A stretch of 64,000 bases of DNA from Lophium mytilinum (taxonomy: Eukaryota): assembly GCA_010093605.1 (NCBI GenBank), contig MU004191.1, positions 165,397 to 229,396 of the forward strand, written 5' to 3'. The notes below the pieces were generated by a model. It was not told the DNA's origin. It searched no databases and worked only from the letters and a program-made list of their open reading frames with translations. The position numbers and the translations under genes are program-made. Each line of letters opens with the position of its first letter. The first letter of the stretch is position 1. Shown here one piece after another: positions 61,425-64,000 of this stretch.

Positions 61425-64000
61425 CTATCTCCTTCGTCCAGACGAAGAAGAGGAAGAAGAGCCAAGCAAGTCCCCCGCAAAACGCTGAAAAAGCTTCCCA
61501 GCCGGTCCTTTGCCACTAAGAAACTCCTCCAGTTTATCAGCGATAGGATCGTCAGACTTTTCTCGGCCAGAGTCATCAAATCGAGGCGGAAGATCGATAG
61601 TTTCATCAGACGAGACAGAGGAAGGCGAATCGTCGCGACTGCGATGTTTCGAGTGCCTATCTTTTCTCCCCCTGTCATGATGCCCATCTCTTGAATTTTC
61701 TGATGAGTGTCGCCGATCGGAAGACGTACGACGCTCTGGCGATGGTGTTTTCTCTTCAGGATCGAGGTTAAATTGAACGGTTTTGGCGGTGTTCGCCGGA
61801 GAAGAGCTGCGAGGTGTGCTTAAACCATCTGTATGAATCTTCAGTTAGCTGTCCGTTCTCGGAGTCTATGGCAAATGCCTAGACCCACCATCGTAGTGCC
61901 CTGGAGCAGACTGAGCACTCACATTGTCGCCAGGTTGGCGGAAACGAGGGTCATGTGCGTAAGGATTAGGATCTTGGGGAGGAGGCGTGTAGGCGTAAGG
62001 TGCTTGTTGAGGAGGCATGGCACTGGAAGGCGGTGGGTAATCTGCTGGATTGTACGGGGGGTATTGCTCTGGTGGTGGATACGGCTCTGTTGCTGCTCTG
62101 GGCGGGGGAGGGAAGTAATTCGATTGGGGGAAATATGCATCGGGCTGTCCATTTGGCGGAGGAGGAGAGAAGCTGTCATTAGAGTAATTGGCTTCCTCAG
62201 ATTGACCTAGAGCATTGTGAGCGAGTTACACGAGATATTAGTAAGTAGTGTAGAACATACGTCTCCGCTCCTCTTTCTCCGCCTTCTTCCTTTCCCGCCG
62301 TTTCGCAGCTTCATGCGCAGCCACACCAGCAACACCAGCAACAGCGGCCGTTTCTGCTAGCTTTCTACTTCGACTCTTACTCCGGCTGCGGCTTGACCGA
62401 CGTCGATCACCGTCTGATGAACTGGATGAGCCCCGATGTCTACCCCTATGGTCTGCTGGGTCGTCGTCGTAGCCACGGCTGCGAGACCGGCGCGAGTGGC
62501 TACGCACGGGGGGGTCGGTATAGATTGGCTCACCACCGTACTCTACAAGGGCAGTGTCACTTGAAGTGCTATGTCTTCTGCCGGAGTGTACCGACCTGGA
62601 CCTTGATCTTGATCGCGACCTCTCTAGCTTCTCCTCCTTCCTGGCTTTCTTCTTCTCGTACAATCCAGCGACGGCTGCTCCAGCGAGACCTGCTGCAGCG
62701 ATAGGGACACCAGTCTTTACTCGGCTTCGACTCCGTGACTTTTTGCCCTTTCTGCTTCGTGACTTGCTTCGGGCACGTTCCACTAAGCCGGCAACGGCAG
62801 CAGTAGCAAGGCCGGCTTGTGCAACACGACGATTGCGGTGTTCGGGATCTCGGTGCTTGCTGGACGACCTCTCTCTTTCAGTGTCGCTGACTGCGCTAAC
62901 AGAGGATCTCCTGCGCCTCGATCTGCTTCGGCGGTCCTCCACGACTACCTTGTTCTTGTTGTTTCGGCTCACAGCGTATGCGAGAGCACCAGCGGCAGCA
63001 AGGGCAGCAACAGTGCCTAGCTTCTTGTTTCTCGACGAAGAGCGATGTCTGCGACCACGATCTCGAGATCCCGACCTAGAGCGTGATCTAGATCGTCGGA
63101 ATCGACTCACGGCTTCGGCACCGATTGCTCCCAAGGCACCGTAGCCAACGGTTTGCCGGATATGATGGCCTGGGTCTTCCCCTTGCTTCTTCCTGTGATG
63201 CCGCATCAACTGCGCGGCGGCCACACCACCGATGACACCTTCAGCTAGATGGCGCTTATGGTGAGGGCTGACGTCGCGCTCGCCCCAGGTATCACGTTCC
63301 TTACGGATAAAAACAATGTCGTCGTCGCTGTACGCTTCACGATCATCGTGGTGTCCACGCCGGTCGCGACCATATTCTCTCTCGTCGTAATATCGTTCCT
63401 CAGGTTTCCCGCCGCGATCCACTTCCTTGATCTTTCGCTCGTAGTAGTAATCTTCTTCCCTGCGTGGTTCTTCCCTGCGTGGTTCACGACGAACAACCTG
63501 GCGCTCCTCGGGCTCGGGCCGTTCGATGATCTCGTATTGTGGCTCTTCTCGCCTGACTATGATTTGTTGCCGGGCTGGCTCTTGTATGATGATGGGCTGT
63601 GGCACTTCTTGCCGGATGACGATAGGTTGAGCGGGTTCGGGTCTGGAGAAGTATTCGGTCGATTTTGAGTATCGTTCGAGCTCGTAGGGGCTCTTTTGTG
63701 GCTCTCTCTCCCATTCACGTTCAATACGATACTCTCTCACGGGTGGTGGAGACGGCGAGCGGTCGATCTCGCGCTCAATGCGGTACTCGCGGACTTCGCG
63801 GCGGGGAGGAGATGGCGAGCGCTCGAGCTCACGTTCGACGTAGCGATACTCGCGAACCTCTCGTGGAGCAGGCTCACGCTCGCGCTCGGTTTCGCGGATG
63901 TCGATGTACTCCCTGACCTCGCGAACGTCACGAGGCGGCGAGCGCTCTCGTTCGCGGACGATGCGGGTCTCCTTGACTTCTTCGTACTCTTCCTCATCGA
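61425..64000 (-). CDS. DUF3824-like Arg/Ser-rich protein, 5' end outside the window
   Basis: The frame is open to the window edge; RS repeats alternate with AGLAGAAVAG segments; then PYNPADYPP and a last exon with SDETIDLPPRFDDSGR ending at TAG 61425. Confidence 0.8.

Overview
Gene-dense window from a filamentous ascomycete (Pezizomycotina), judged by short GT-AG introns with CTRAC/CTAAY branch points, Zn2Cys6 regulators, HET-like and PTH11-like genes. There are two zones. The first ~27 kb looks accessory: a decayed HET-like gene; three diverged, intronless F-box-like paralogues with a pseudogene relic and a GPI-anchored Cys-rich protein between them; an SDR; a degenerate tRNA-like element; three divergent gene pairs (class-III aminotransferase/Dal5-type permease, SDR/Zn2Cys6, carboxylesterase/Zn2Cys6); and an internally deleted esterase. 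The remainder is mostly conserved housekeeping genes: Mep1/MeaA-type ammonium transporter, PTH11-like receptor, AP-2 sigma, Nma111, stomatin, mitochondrial carrier, an SS18/SSXT-like Q-rich protein, Mrm2, uL15 and a DUF3824-like protein. The most notable observations are a candidate mitochondrial presequence in frame upstream of Nma111, the F-box triplet beside the HET relic, the tRNA-like structure, the catalytically dead esterase, a required GC-AG intron in a Zn cluster and a 107-bp tandem repeat. All calls come from reading motifs by eye; no database searches were run. No CRISPR array or intact transposon was seen.
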